Shown here in pieces: positions 47,365 to 57,478 of a stretch of DNA of 64,000 nucleotides (positions within the stretch are counted from its first letter, which is position 1; every line of letters begins with the position of its first letter). The notes beneath the pieces were generated by a model. The model made no database searches and had not been told where the DNA came from. It saw only the letters and a list, made by a program, of their open reading frames with translations. A program made the position numbers and the translations under genes. This DNA comes from a virus: IMG/VR virus record IMGVR_UViG_3300045988_112441. The stretch is one strand, 5' to 3'.

Positions 47365-47991
47365 TTATTCAGCATCATCCACAACCAGCTTCGCATCATA
47401 ATAAAACCTGTGTGCGCCAAATTGTCCAGCAAAGGTTGCTCCGCGCTCGTGCCAACTTCCGGCAGCTGCCGCCGGGGCCACAAACCATTGAATTGGTTTG
47501 TCTGAAATTTTAGCGCCGTAATCAAACACCATAGATACCGCCAACTCGTTCTCTGCCGTTACCTTCCTATTATATAAGGTACTGTATCCATACTTTCTGA
47601 AGACCTGCTGGATGGTCAGGCCATCAAGTACGGCAGAATCATAAAGACATTGAGCGACAGCCATCTGACCTTCTAAGCTATCAGCACCTGCTTCACAGGC
47701 GACAATCTGCTCGGCAAGAGCACGCTCATCATCAGTGAGTTCGTGTTTACCCTGGCTGAAGTTCACTACCCGCGTCTCGATAACGGTTTCTACAATGACT
47801 TCTGGCTCCTTTTCTTCTTGCCGTACAATACTTACTGCCGGAGGACTACTATTATAAAGGTACGAATTACTCCGATTCTGAATCCCTGGGCTGATCTTCG
47901 ATACCAGACTCCCTGTCAGCAGGCATATTATACATATAATAGTAATATTTTGCTCACGATTTATTAACAAATTAGAGCTAATAAGAATCAC
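47365..47991 (-). CDS. SleB-like cell-wall hydrolase (Hydrolase_2) with an N-terminal membrane anchor; candidate lysin
   Basis: TDDERALAEQIVACEAGADSLEGQMAVAQCLYDSAV...QQVF. Confidence 0.55.
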   Translation of the reverse strand: MILISSNLLINREQNITIICIICLLTGSLVSKISPGIQNRSNSYLYNSSPPAVSIVRQEEKEPEVIVETVIETRVVNFSQGKHELTDDERALAEQIVACEAGADSLEGQMAVAQCLYDSAVLDGLTIQQVFRKYGYSTLYNRKVTAENELAVSMVFDYGAKISDKPIQWFVAPAAAAGSWHERGATFAGQFGAHRFYYDAKLVVDDAE

Positions 47992-48012
47992 TTCCTTTCG
48001 AAAATATTGGTT

Positions 48013-48204
48013 TTATAAGCTGCGCAAAAATTCATACAGCTCAATTTCACCTTGCAGCCAAACGACATCTCCGCCAGCCTTCAAATACACCGAATAGATC
48101 TTATCAGGATGCTCGAAGATAGATTCTACCTTCTTAGCTGCGTTCCGATCAATAAGTACACTACTCATAGTCTTATTCTCCTTCTTCAAAACGCATATCC
48201 ACAC
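48013..48204 (-). CDS. Hypothetical protein
   Basis: ORF track. Confidence 0.35.
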   Translation of the reverse strand: MWICVLKKENKTMSSVLIDRNAAKKVESIFEHPDKIYSVYLKAGGDVVWLQGEIELYEFLRSL

Positions 48205-48521
48205 ACATTATTATGCAGCGGCGGGTCAATCTCGAATGCTGTGTCACTCTCAGCATCATATTTAAACCACCTCGTCAATTCTGGTCTTGGATACAGACCT
48301 TCCTCGTATCCTTCAACGACTGCGTAGTTGTAACAATGTTCAAAGATGTCAGTCACGTTTTCCTTAACAACTCGAATAGCCTCTGCTAAATCTGTAAAGA
48401 ATCCAGCAATCCAACTGTCGTCCGGCATCCAGTAGATGCCTTTGGTATTTGACACTGGCGAACTAAATTTCGCATTCTGCTCGTTCTTAAACGAGTCAAT
48501 CATTGTTACGGTATAAATCAT
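48186..48521 (-). CDS. Hypothetical protein (trimmed to the Met with an AAGGTG RBS)
   Basis: The trimmed start removes the overlap with the upstream ORF. Confidence 0.35.
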   Translation of the reverse strand: MIYTVTMIDSFKNEQNAKFSSPVSNTKGIYWMPDDSWIAGFFTDLAEAIRVVKENVTDIFEHCYNYAVVEGYEEGLYPRPELTRWFKYDAESDTAFEIDPPLHNNVCGYAF

Positions 48522-48522
48522 T

Positions 48523-48741
48523 TTAAAACACCTTATTATCAAAATGTACTCTATCTTCAACTGGTTCCTGTAACCATACAATCCATTCAAATTTATTCTT
48601 GGGATAACGGTCTGGATACTTCTGAATGTTCTCAAGAAACTTTTCAAGCCCCATAATGTCTATCTTTCTAATTGCGTCAAGTCGAGTCACTTCATGTTTG
48701 TTCTTTTCATGATTTGTTTCGCTCATAATATTTTCCTCCAT
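48523..48741 (-). CDS. Hypothetical protein
   Basis: ORF track. Confidence 0.4.
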   Translation of the reverse strand: MEENIMSETNHEKNKHEVTRLDAIRKIDIMGLEKFLENIQKYPDRYPKNKFEWIVWLQEPVEDRVHFDNKVF

Positions 48742-48754
48742 TAAATCTTAGTTT

Positions 48755-48985
48755 TTATTCGACTCGCTTATTCCACGCTTCGATAAGGTCGGCTTTGATT
48801 CTTTCCTTGTCTTTTTCAGAGGAATCAAAGTAGTAAGTTTTGCTTTCCATGAAAACATGGCAGTTGCACCTATTTTCTTTGTTTCCTCTCGTAACATACA
48901 TCCATCGTGTTTGGCGATAACTGCCCTCTGCAACGGTAACTTCTCCACCACAAAAAGGACACGGCTTTAATTTATATTCACTCAT
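48755..48985 (-). CDS. Zinc-ribbon protein (Lar-like restriction-alleviation candidate)
   Basis: MSEYKLKPCPFCGGE...C; resembles the Lar family. Confidence 0.35.
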   Translation of the reverse strand: MSEYKLKPCPFCGGEVTVAEGSYRQTRWMYVTRGNKENRCNCHVFMESKTYYFDSSEKDKERIKADLIEAWNKRVE

Positions 48986-49032
48986 AACTATGTCTCCCTA
49001 AATCTCAGCTTTTATTAGACATACCTTTTCAC

Positions 49033-49248
49033 TCAAAAGTTATCCAAATCATTTTTAGCAGCTAACACATTGTAATGAATTTCATGCTCGTGTCCTTTTA
49101 CAGAATCATTTAATCTTTTAGCGATCCTTTCCGCTCCTTGTTTTGAAAATTGCCAACTTGCCGTTTTCTCTTTTGTCCATCCATCTATACATTTATATTT
49201 TTTGTACTCAATACCATTTTTTGTGGTTTTAATTACATAGAATTTCAT
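49033..49248 (-). CDS. Hypothetical protein
   Basis: ORF track. Confidence 0.4.
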   Translation of the reverse strand: MKFYVIKTTKNGIEYKKYKCIDGWTKEKTASWQFSKQGAERIAKRLNDSVKGHEHEIHYNVLAAKNDLDNF

Positions 49249-49279
49249 AGAATCCTCCTAGAACTTAACTTTTATCACA

Positions 49280-49579
49280 TCAACTACGTTCTTTAATCAA
49301 ACCATTATCCGATGCCTCTGCTCTTAATTTTATGAGTTCTTTCTTTGTTTCAAAATTTTTCTCATATCTTTCCATAAAAGCCCGAACGTTCATGTTCTTC
49401 TGGTTATTCGGAAAGATAAATTCATCTAAAATACCATCTTTTGTTACCGTATAAATATCCTTTGATGTATACTGTTTTTTCAATTTCACCTCAAAGCCAT
49501 GTTTTAATAGCCAAGAGATAGCTAGTTCCTCTTGTTTATTAAAGTCCCATTTTTTATTTTCAAGTCCTTGTAAATTCAT
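49280..49579 (-). CDS. Hypothetical protein
   Basis: ORF track. Confidence 0.4.
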   Translation of the reverse strand: MNLQGLENKKWDFNKQEELAISWLLKHGFEVKLKKQYTSKDIYTVTKDGILDEFIFPNNQKNMNVRAFMERYEKNFETKKELIKLRAEASDNGLIKERS

Positions 49580-49684
49580 AAGTCCACCTCATTCCATGCT
49601 TGCGCATTCTGTGATTATGCAAAGTTTAACAGCATAACCAGTTGTCGTTAAGCTTTTTACAGCAATTTCATAAGAACCCGGATT

Positions 49685-49900
49685 TTATCGACCATTGTGT
49701 ATTGCATTTTCGATCTTGCCATTGATAGAATCGATTTCACGCATCAGCCTACAACGATAGTTTCCGTTCTTATCAAGTCTGAAACACAAATCCTCATCGT
49801 CACTCTTGTAACCAATATAGCATCCAGACCGACACAAGCTCGTCGCATCAAGCGCATCTTGTATAACTCGTGCTTCATTGAGAGTCAAATCAATCTTCAT
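49685..49900 (-). CDS. Hypothetical protein
   Basis: ORF track. Confidence 0.35.
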   Translation of the reverse strand: MKIDLTLNEARVIQDALDATSLCRSGCYIGYKSDDEDLCFRLDKNGNYRCRLMREIDSINGKIENAIHNGR

Positions 49901-49915
49901 TGTTGTCCACCACCT

Positions 49916-50203
49916 TTATTCTTCTGCCTTTCCACCAACTCCGGCGATAAACACCCGATGCTTTCCATTCTCGTCACGCTGCCAATCACCACCAAGCATC
50001 TCAATCGTATTCAAGACTGTATGGTAAATCTCAACGGAATCCATTGCCTTTTCTTCATCTCCAAAATCATTGGTATGAATCCAACGCCAATTATTATCCA
50101 ACCAGCTGACAACTTTCATAACACCAGCCCGCAGTTCTTTTTCTTTCGTGTTTGTCATTTTTTCACTCCTTTGTTTTACATATCCTGGTTCACAGCATTC
50201 CAT
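49916..50203 (-). CDS. Hypothetical protein
   Basis: ORF track. Confidence 0.4.
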   Translation of the reverse strand: MECCEPGYVKQRSEKMTNTKEKELRAGVMKVVSWLDNNWRWIHTNDFGDEEKAMDSVEIYHTVLNTIEMLGGDWQRDENGKHRVFIAGVGGKAEE

Positions 50204-50685
50204 ACCTCAGTCGAAATCATGTCGTTCTCATCGGATAGGCGACTAATCCAAGCATTGAGCACTTCACGGTACACTGTCATATTTGGACAAAAATGACTGT
50301 TGGTGAATACCGGCATATCGTCATTACACAGAATTCTCATGATGGCAGCGCACACAGCGGCAGATCTCGATACGCCAGCAGCACAATTCACGCAGAACCA
50401 ATCGGTCTTATCTGCTTCGTGGTTATCCAAGACAAATTTCACAATATTCCTAGCTTGAACATCCGTAATGCATGTACCTTCCAGATCAGTAGTACAATCA
50501 TCAAACTTCAGCGGTAGAAAAGTAATATTACCCTCACACTTATGAAAATCAATATGATGGCCATTAGCTTCAGTGATTGAGATAAACCGAATCCGTTCAA
50601 AATGTGGCTGTCGGATAAAGTCTTCTGCATCTTCTGCGCTCATCACCGAGAATTTCCATTTTCTTCGATACATAGTAATAATCAT
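50176..50685 (-). CDS. Dual-specificity/protein-tyrosine phosphatase-like (CX5R)
   Basis: CVNCAAGVSRS active-site signature. Confidence 0.55.
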   Translation of the reverse strand: MIITMYRRKWKFSVMSAEDAEDFIRQPHFERIRFISITEANGHHIDFHKCEGNITFLPLKFDDCTTDLEGTCITDVQARNIVKFVLDNHEADKTDWFCVNCAAGVSRSAAVCAAIMRILCNDDMPVFTNSHFCPNMTVYREVLNAWISRLSDENDMISTEVWNAVNQDM

Positions 50686-50870
50686 TTCTCATCATCCTTC
50701 TTTAACAACACTTGTTTTAAATATTCTGGTGTTAGTTCTCTTATCGTTCCATCTTCCTCTTGAATCATTGGCACTTTATATTCTGACGATAACGGAACAT
50801 TATACTTTTTACAAAGACTCAGGAACAATTCACGATTAAACATCAAGCTCTCCTTCAACAAATACTCCAC
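50682..50870 (-). CDS. Hypothetical protein
   Basis: ORF track. Confidence 0.35.
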   Translation of the reverse strand: MEYLLKESLMFNRELFLSLCKKYNVPLSSEYKVPMIQEEDGTIRELTPEYLKQVLLKKDDEK

Positions 50871-51238
50871 GAGTCATTCCATGCACTCAATTCTTCTAAC
50901 TCATTCCAAATCTGGTCAGAAATATCTTTAATAACAGGATGCTTCTTTACCTGTTCCCATACAATTCTTGTTTCTTCTACGGTAAAATCCCCATAAATAT
51001 TGTTAAACCACTTTACTAGAACCGGATTAGTACCTTCCGGGAAAACAATCTTTTCATGTTCTGTGTTATCAGAACTCATAAAACCAAACCAATAATCGAG
51101 TGATCCGTCAACTTCAGAATCTCTTTTCTCTTTAATATATTTACTTTCTACTCCACCAAAAATTTTTGCAACCTCACACAACTCTCTGTCAAATCGTGGA
51201 TAGCTAGAGCTTCCAGAATAACGATAACCCATACCCAT
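50855..51238 (-). CDS. Hypothetical protein
   Basis: ORF track. Confidence 0.4.
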   Translation of the reverse strand: MGMGYRYSGSSSYPRFDRELCEVAKIFGGVESKYIKEKRDSEVDGSLDYWFGFMSSDNTEHEKIVFPEGTNPVLVKWFNNIYGDFTVEETRIVWEQVKKHPVIKDISDQIWNELEELSAWNDSWSIC

Positions 51239-51259
51239 AATTATTTTCCTCCAAAGAAT

Positions 51260-51535
51260 TTAGGTTTTATTGTTTTCATAAAGTTTTAACATAATTTCTA
51301 GCGAAACAGAATCCAGACTACCATATTGAACCAAATTAAGCGCCATGTAAAAATTCCTTCGAATATTAAAGTCCACTACGTCCTTTATCTCACCGCCTTT
51401 TTGAGCGTGATACAAAATATTATTTAACTTAAACAGTTCCTGATAACTTAACTTGACAACGGCATCACCATCCGTATCTTTTGGATTTTCATTTCCATTA
51501 AAACTCAGAATATTCATATTTGCACCTCCAGTCAA
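51260..51535 (-). CDS. Hypothetical protein
   Basis: ORF track. Confidence 0.4.
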   Translation of the reverse strand: MTGGANMNILSFNGNENPKDTDGDAVVKLSYQELFKLNNILYHAQKGGEIKDVVDFNIRRNFYMALNLVQYGSLDSVSLEIMLKLYENNKT

Positions 51536-51735
51536 ATATCCAAGTCTTTAAAATCAACCACTTCTGATTCACCATCATATTCAATATCTACATTCGATAA
51601 ATATGTTTTGTACGTCTTTTCACGACGTATAGCAGCTTCCATACTCGGACGTCGAATATCATAAAGCAACTGTTTAAGTTCTTCATCCGTCAAATTGTAC
51701 TCTTCTTGCAACATACTCATATCCACACCTCTCAA
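51532..51735 (-). CDS. Hypothetical protein
   Basis: ORF track. Confidence 0.35.
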   Translation of the reverse strand: MRGVDMSMLQEEYNLTDEELKQLLYDIRRPSMEAAIRREKTYKTYLSNVDIEYDGESEVVDFKDLDI

Positions 51736-51821
51736 TCAAAACGCAAACGGATTGTTATCCACTGTTGTTATCAGTGCCACATTCAAAATAAACATTACAA
51801 ACGCGGTCATTCCATATTACC

Positions 51822-52010
51822 TCAATCTCTAAATTCAATATCTACAACAATATTCTCAGGCTCTGTCATGTACCTTCGTGCCAACAGCTCTACCATACGT
51901 TCCTTGTCACCAAGATTGCTTTCTCGTAAAATATACGAAGCAACTTGCTTGCCTCTGTACAAAAATACGGCCCAAGCGCTTCTCCTTAGCGGATTTGAAA
52001 CACCAATCAT
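51822..52010 (-). CDS. Hypothetical protein
   Basis: ORF track. Confidence 0.35.
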   Translation of the reverse strand: MIGVSNPLRRSAWAVFLYRGKQVASYILRESNLGDKERMVELLARRYMTEPENIVVDIEFRD

Positions 52011-52351
52011 TCCATCGCTTCCTCCAGAGAGGTAGTCACATCACCAAAGTCAAAATCCAGAGCACCAATCATATCATCCAGAGCATCCACAGTATCAGAC
52101 AGATTCGTGCAAGCATTATCTGCTTTATCGTACCGCTCACTCCCCTGCAAATTCTCCGGCATGTTATCACGATACTCTTCTTCTTCCCATTGGATATCCT
52201 CAACATCGGATTTTACACTTTCGACCTCAGATACAAGTTCTTCCAGCTTCTTACGGATGGAATCAAAGCGGTCAATGGTCTGTTTTATAGCTTTTCTACG
52301 AGTGTTATTCATTTTCAAATCTCCTCTCAATCTACAATACCAAGCTTGCAA
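52007..52351 (-). CDS. Hypothetical acidic protein
   Basis: ORF track. Confidence 0.4.
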   Translation of the reverse strand: MQAWYCRLRGDLKMNNTRRKAIKQTIDRFDSIRKKLEELVSEVESVKSDVEDIQWEEEEYRDNMPENLQGSERYDKADNACTNLSDTVDALDDMIGALDFDFGDVTTSLEEAME

Positions 52352-52728
52352 ATGTTTTTCGGATCAGTAATGTAGCCAAATGTCAATGTATTACGAAGAT
52401 ATCCCTTGTATTCAAATCCACGGTCACGAGCCGCCAGACGGCACACATCCCGAATCGCAGATTCTCTCGGCCAAGAAATACCAGCCAACTGATACTTCCA
52501 CTGAAGATCTCTCAGCTTCTGCCACTCAATCACAGGTTTTTTCTCATCCTCGAAACACAAACCATTCTGTACCGCATACTTTAGAGCATCGCACCGTTTA
52601 CTCTCTTCCGATGTGCAAATGCCCCAATCATTTTCAAGACGACGATACGCCCTGTTAAATGGTGCTTGCTTTGCCGCATCAATACCAAACGCTGCTCCAA
52701 GCAGACCCAAACCAAGTAACAGTCCCAT
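52327..52728 (-). CDS. Hypothetical secreted protein
   Basis: N-terminal signal-like LLLGLGLLGAAFG. Confidence 0.4.
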   Translation of the reverse strand: MGLLLGLGLLGAAFGIDAAKQAPFNRAYRRLENDWGICTSEESKRCDALKYAVQNGLCFEDEKKPVIEWQKLRDLQWKYQLAGISWPRESAIRDVCRLAARDRGFEYKGYLRNTLTFGYITDPKNICKLGIVD

Positions 52729-52743
52729 ATTTTAAACCTCCAT

Positions 52744-53427
52744 TTATGCTGTTTCCAATTCTCTTTTAACCAACGGACGACGTTTCGTTGCGTTTTTTAA
52801 CCAATCGTTTCCACTAGGGGCTTGTCTATCCACTCTTGTATTGCGACCACAACCAATCGGACACACCCGGCGGTAATCATCAGCTGTCTTGCAGCCAAGA
52901 GATTCAGCTTCGTCCAGTGCTTTTCGCACATAAGCCCATGTATTACCGCCCAGATCAGAACACTTTCCAATTACAGCAAGTACGAGTTTATCACCCATGC
53001 GTTCAACATATTCTGCCAAAGCCTTCTTTCCTGTAGCACTGAGCTTCCCAATATTCTCTCGAAAAACATCCTCGACAGATTTCGTCGTTGTCGTCTCATC
53101 ACAAGACGAAGACGATATCTTATCTTTTTCTTTCTCTTCTTCTTTTTCTAGCTTGGTTTTGCTTGCGCTTGCTTCGCTTTGCTTACGCTTGCTTGATGAG
53201 CCACCAGCTTTACCAGAAATCCTCTTACCTTCGATGTATTCGGCATCTTTATCCAAATCTCTCTTCACGGCAGGCCACACATACCGCTCATTTCCGTTGA
53301 GTTCAGGCTCCGTTCCAGACGATTTATATTTCATCATCGCCAGTACCAGACGCCCCACCTCGGCAGCACTAATGGGTTCAAAGTAGCTCTCGTAAGTATC
53401 CCAGATTTTAATATAAGTATCAGCCAT
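52744..53427 (-). CDS. Putative replication initiation/replisome-organiser protein (DnaD-like C-terminal region)
   Basis: Low-complexity S/K/E linker, then TWAYVRKALDEAESLGCKT. Position next to the integrase. Confidence 0.3.
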   Translation of the reverse strand: MADTYIKIWDTYESYFEPISAAEVGRLVLAMMKYKSSGTEPELNGNERYVWPAVKRDLDKDAEYIEGKRISGKAGGSSSKRKQSEASASKTKLEKEEEKEKDKISSSSCDETTTTKSVEDVFRENIGKLSATGKKALAEYVERMGDKLVLAVIGKCSDLGGNTWAYVRKALDEAESLGCKTADDYRRVCPIGCGRNTRVDRQAPSGNDWLKNATKRRPLVKRELETA

Positions 53428-53435
53428 AACACACC

Positions 53436-54275
53436 TCAGTCTTCCAAGCTGTGTGTATTCACACCATAAAAAGTCTTCTTATAATATTCTTTTGCCTTAT
53501 CCTCATCAAAACCAACGTACCGTAATGTAATATCCTGACTACTATGATTCAACTGACCCTGAATCCAAGACAATGCCTGGTTATCATCCTTATTAAGACA
53601 CATCTCACGATAACCAAATGTCTTACGGCAAGAATGAGATGCAATCTTATAATTAAGACCCAAATCTTTGCCAGCGTTACGAAGAATACGAGCAAAAGAA
53701 TCAACATCAATAGGATCACCGGCCTTTTTGGGTTCTGCAATATGAGGAATACCAGTTTTCCCATCTCCACCATTTGTCCTCAACGACTTTTTCCAGCTCC
53801 CCTGCCGAGACGGAAACATCCAATCGTCATATCCAAGTTTCGCAATCTTAATATATGTTTCAACAATATCCCTCGCTTCTGGAGTAAGGATGATTTCTCG
53901 ATACTTGGACGTTTTTTCTTCAACGATACACACTCCAGCGTCTTCAACCACTTCAATTTTTCCATTATAAAGGCAATAAGACATATCGGAAACTTTCAAT
54001 TTGAGTAAATCACTAGCACGTAACCCGGTTGCGATACCTACGTTAAATAGACACCAATTGCGATATTGCTTTTTATCCCAGAAGTATTCCGAAATCATTT
54101 GAACATCATCCAAGCTTCTAATTGGAGAAATATTACGCTTACGCTTCTGCTTACTTCTTGTAACACCACGTTTTTTAGCCGGAACAGAAGGTTTCGGATT
54201 AAAATAAATCAATTTAGGTATCTGTTCTTCTTTTCTTTCAACAACTGCGCTCATTATATTCACCTCAAACTCCAT
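53436..54275 (-). CDS. Tyrosine recombinase/integrase (second copy)
   Basis: GLRASDLLKLKVSDM, HSCRKTFG, LNHSS...TLRYV (R..H-x-x-R..Y). Confidence 0.75.
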   Translation of the reverse strand: MEFEVNIMSAVVERKEEQIPKLIYFNPKPSVPAKKRGVTRSKQKRKRNISPIRSLDDVQMISEYFWDKKQYRNWCLFNVGIATGLRASDLLKLKVSDMSYCLYNGKIEVVEDAGVCIVEEKTSKYREIILTPEARDIVETYIKIAKLGYDDWMFPSRQGSWKKSLRTNGGDGKTGIPHIAEPKKAGDPIDVDSFARILRNAGKDLGLNYKIASHSCRKTFGYREMCLNKDDNQALSWIQGQLNHSSQDITLRYVGFDEDKAKEYYKKTFYGVNTHSLED

Positions 54276-54489
54276 ACTTCAAACAATACTTACCGTAAGA
54301 TAATCCTTCAGCATCTGCCATTCTTACAATCTCAACAAATGTTGGTTTATGTTTCTTTTTATTCTTGCATCGAATGGATGCCTCATTTCTTATTATCTTA
54401 CGACATTCATCACAATAGAGCTTTCCACATTTAGGACCATACCATGTAATGCCACAGCGATTACACGTTATGTTTCCATATACCATCAT
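54265..54489 (-). CDS. Small zinc-ribbon protein
   Basis: CNRCGITWYGPKCGKLYCDEC. Confidence 0.4.
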   Translation of the reverse strand: MMVYGNITCNRCGITWYGPKCGKLYCDECRKIIRNEASIRCKNKKKHKPTFVEIVRMADAEGLSYGKYCLKYGV

Positions 54490-54758
54490 AATTTACACCT
54501 CAAACTTGTCAATTTTCCAATGATGTCGATAGTAATTTCCAGAATTCCCACTAACAACGGACACCTTACATGAATCACACCACGTTTCGTCCTGTTTCAC
54601 ACTATTTCCTTACGAATCCCGGCAGTCCTTATAAAGCAAGAACATCTTTTCAGACAACTTCTCTTTATCTTTGTTAATAGTAATAATATTACCTTCTGCG
54701 TAAAAATCGCTAGAGTCGATACATTCGTGTAAAATATGAATCGTCATTTTTATATACC

Positions 54759-55382
54759 TCAATTCTTTTCAAACAGATCGTTACGAACCTTCGGAGTAAA
54801 TTGACGCGAGTCAAGCTGTTCAATAGCAGCCTCAAGCCGACCATGGCCCCAATCATCGTTATTTCGATGGTTCATCACAATCTCAAGCAGAAGCTTTGCA
54901 TCCTTAGCTTCTCTGCGCTTCCGGCGAGCTCTTTTAAGTTCTGCCATAAGCTGATAGCCTTGCGCTGCATTTACAGTTTTGAACTCTATTGCGTGTTCAA
55001 TATCAGCAATCTCATCGCTAGCCGCAGTTAAATCACTGTAGACTTTGGCATATAAATCATCGAGGCTGGTCATTGTTTTGTCTGTGACCTCAAGATTTTT
55101 CTTCAACTCTATCAGCCATTCAGAATCTTCCATGTGAAATGCGTATGTATTTGGCTTTACAGCCGGAGCCGTTATATTCGGACTCTTGCCTGCGATGGTA
55201 GCTTCATCCATAGATTTTGGTGCATAGCGTCCGTTCTTATACCCAGCGGGAAGTTTATTGATTTCACAGATTGCCAGCCCCTTTGATTCAAACTGCAATG
55301 CCAGATTGATATCACAGGTGGCGCAGATTCGACCTCCCTTCCGTTTCATAATATAGTTATGACCATTCGAGATTACATACAT
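54759..55382 (-). CDS. Hypothetical protein
   Basis: ORF track. Confidence 0.4.
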   Translation of the reverse strand: MYVISNGHNYIMKRKGGRICATCDINLALQFESKGLAICEINKLPAGYKNGRYAPKSMDEATIAGKSPNITAPAVKPNTYAFHMEDSEWLIELKKNLEVTDKTMTSLDDLYAKVYSDLTAASDEIADIEHAIEFKTVNAAQGYQLMAELKRARRKRREAKDAKLLLEIVMNHRNNDDWGHGRLEAAIEQLDSRQFTPKVRNDLFEKN

Positions 55383-56690
55383 TTACTTATTCTCCTGTCC
55401 TTTCATCAGCTGCTTCACAGTCTTCTTAAATAGCGCGAGATTCTTTTCATTTTCGATAAACACCTTAGTCTTCGTATGCGGTGCCTTACCGTGTGCCTTT
55501 TCGTAAGCCACAAACAAATTATTCATTTTCTTATAGCCAATATGCTCATAAATCAGAGTGTAAGTGTGCTTATATTGTGGCTTGTCACCAAGTTTTTCCG
55601 CCAGAGGCATCATGATTGGAAAAAGGATCTTCGCCGTCTCACTCTGTTTCTTGTTCTTAAGTTTTTTGTTAACGACTTCTTTAGCTACCACATCAATCAC
55701 AGGAGTAACGTTCATATTTGTTTCAGAAACTGCTTCGACAGCCTTTGGAGTCGGACGAAGTTCATTCTGATTCTGATGCAGACGCTCGATAGATGCTACG
55801 TACATATCTGCAACAACAGCCTCCATGATAGATTTCCAAGTGGAATCCTCTTCGATAATGTCGATTATTGAAATTTTCCCACTACGATTCGTTCTCTTAA
55901 TATACTTTGCACGAGCATCTTCCAAAACAAAACCATAATTACGATTCAGATATTCATAGATCTTGTGAAGCGTTTCTTTATTTGTGTAACCTTTAGTATT
56001 TGCAATCACACCAATCTTGCTATACAAATCTTTACGCCAGTCACTCATTTCATCCCGAAACACATTGCGAGGAGTATAGCTCTTAGCACGAATCGAATTA
56101 TCCATCTGCTTATCCTTAATCTGATGGACACACTGAGACACGCTGCTGATTACATTCAGTGCTTCGTTGCTAGTAGCACGAGCTTCCTCAATTTGGTCAC
56201 CGAGCTCCTTGCGAGTGGAATCAAGTTCACTCTGAAGGTTCTTCATACTATCAAACAGAGCGTGAAGTCTTACATCAATAAATTCTTTACTCAGTGCAGC
56301 ATCCATCTGAGGCGTAGCCAGAACGGTGTCACCACGCATCAAGGATTCCATGATGTCCCAGCAGAAATCCATGAACGCATCTGCTTTCGGCTGACGTGAC
56401 AGACGGCAGATTTCCATAACACCACGCAAACTGTAAACAATATATTCACGTTCCTTCGTGATTCCGCCCTCAACTTTCCTCAGTTTGAGGAATGTTGAAA
56501 GAGGGTCAAGACGATCCGTATTCTTAACATGGATGTTTTGAATTGCCTTATTAGGATTATTGTACTCTAGCGCTGCACCAATTTGTTCACGAGTCATGTA
56601 ATACTGATGCTTGTCATTCTGGTACACATCCACATTCAGTACACCAAAGGGCTTAGAGGTTATTACGGTCATAGGATTATTAGTAGTCAT
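55383..56690 (-). CDS. Phage antirepressor-like protein (ORF6N/Bro-N-type N-terminal domain)
   Basis: FGVLNVDVYQNDKHQYYMTREQIGAALEY resembles an ORF6N/Bro-N domain; 435 aa. Confidence 0.45.
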   Translation of the reverse strand: MTTNNPMTVITSKPFGVLNVDVYQNDKHQYYMTREQIGAALEYNNPNKAIQNIHVKNTDRLDPLSTFLKLRKVEGGITKEREYIVYSLRGVMEICRLSRQPKADAFMDFCWDIMESLMRGDTVLATPQMDAALSKEFIDVRLHALFDSMKNLQSELDSTRKELGDQIEEARATSNEALNVISSVSQCVHQIKDKQMDNSIRAKSYTPRNVFRDEMSDWRKDLYSKIGVIANTKGYTNKETLHKIYEYLNRNYGFVLEDARAKYIKRTNRSGKISIIDIIEEDSTWKSIMEAVVADMYVASIERLHQNQNELRPTPKAVEAVSETNMNVTPVIDVVAKEVVNKKLKNKKQSETAKILFPIMMPLAEKLGDKPQYKHTYTLIYEHIGYKKMNNLFVAYEKAHGKAPHTKTKVFIENEKNLALFKKTVKQLMKGQENK

Positions 56691-56709
56691 TTTTGTTTAC
56701 TCCCTACAC

Positions 56710-56961
56710 TCACTCTTTAATCATAAGTTGTTCTTTAGTCCATCGCATCATCTTAGTGCATTCATCTGTAGACGTATTTTCCCAGATAAAGACTCTGCCT
56801 TCGCCAGTTTCTTTATCAATTTCCGTGCAAGACAAATCAATTTGAACGCCATCTTCTCTCTGAAGATAAATGTAAATTCCTGGATAATCTTTATAATCTC
56901 CATCAGCTTCAGCAACCAGTTTTCCAATAGGCGTATCAATTTCAAATCTCTTTTCATTCAT
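56710..56961 (-). CDS. Hypothetical protein
   Basis: ORF track. Confidence 0.4.
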   Translation of the reverse strand: MNEKRFEIDTPIGKLVAEADGDYKDYPGIYIYLQREDGVQIDLSCTEIDKETGEGRVFIWENTSTDECTKMMRWTKEQLMIKE

Positions 56962-56990
56962 ATTACCATCTCCTTAGAAGAACTGTTTTA

Positions 56991-57251
56991 TCAAATCTCT
57001 ACGATTTTCCACCAGTCGTATACGTCACAAGCATCAATACGAATATCACCTTTTAATCGCAAAACACTAAAATTCTGTTCACCGTTTTCATCTTTATAAT
57101 ATTTACAATAATGATTTACAAGAATATCGTCCACTTGTTTGTTCATTTCATTTTCCGCCTCAAGAATCGTATTAAAACCCTTTTTATAAACAACTTCTGG
57201 GAGAAATGAATTCTCACCTTTTGCAATATAAATATTGATAAGCAAAAACAT
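56991..57251 (-). CDS. Hypothetical protein (trimmed to the Met with a GAGGAGG RBS)
   Basis: The trimmed start removes the overlap with 57266..57478. Confidence 0.35.
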   Translation of the reverse strand: MFLLINIYIAKGENSFLPEVVYKKGFNTILEAENEMNKQVDDILVNHYCKYYKDENGEQNFSVLRLKGDIRIDACDVYDWWKIVEI

Positions 57252-57265
57252 TTTGTTTCCTCCTC

Positions 57266-57478
57266 TTAAAACTGATACTTCCAAAAGATTCGTGCGTTGC
57301 CGGTAATATCTTGCAAGCAAGAAATGTACTCCCGGAACGAAATCAGCCCTTGTATTTTTATAACCCATGCTCGCTTTGCACGAACTGCAATCGCTGGATC
57401 GTACTTCACAGCATCATCAAATGCACTGTCGGTCATCTTACGTTCAAAGTAACGAATTTCGTTGATATTCATAATCAT
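57266..57478 (-). CDS. Hypothetical protein
   Basis: ORF track. Confidence 0.35.
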   Translation of the reverse strand: MIMNINEIRYFERKMTDSAFDDAVKYDPAIAVRAKRAWVIKIQGLISFREYISCLQDITGNARIFWKYQF

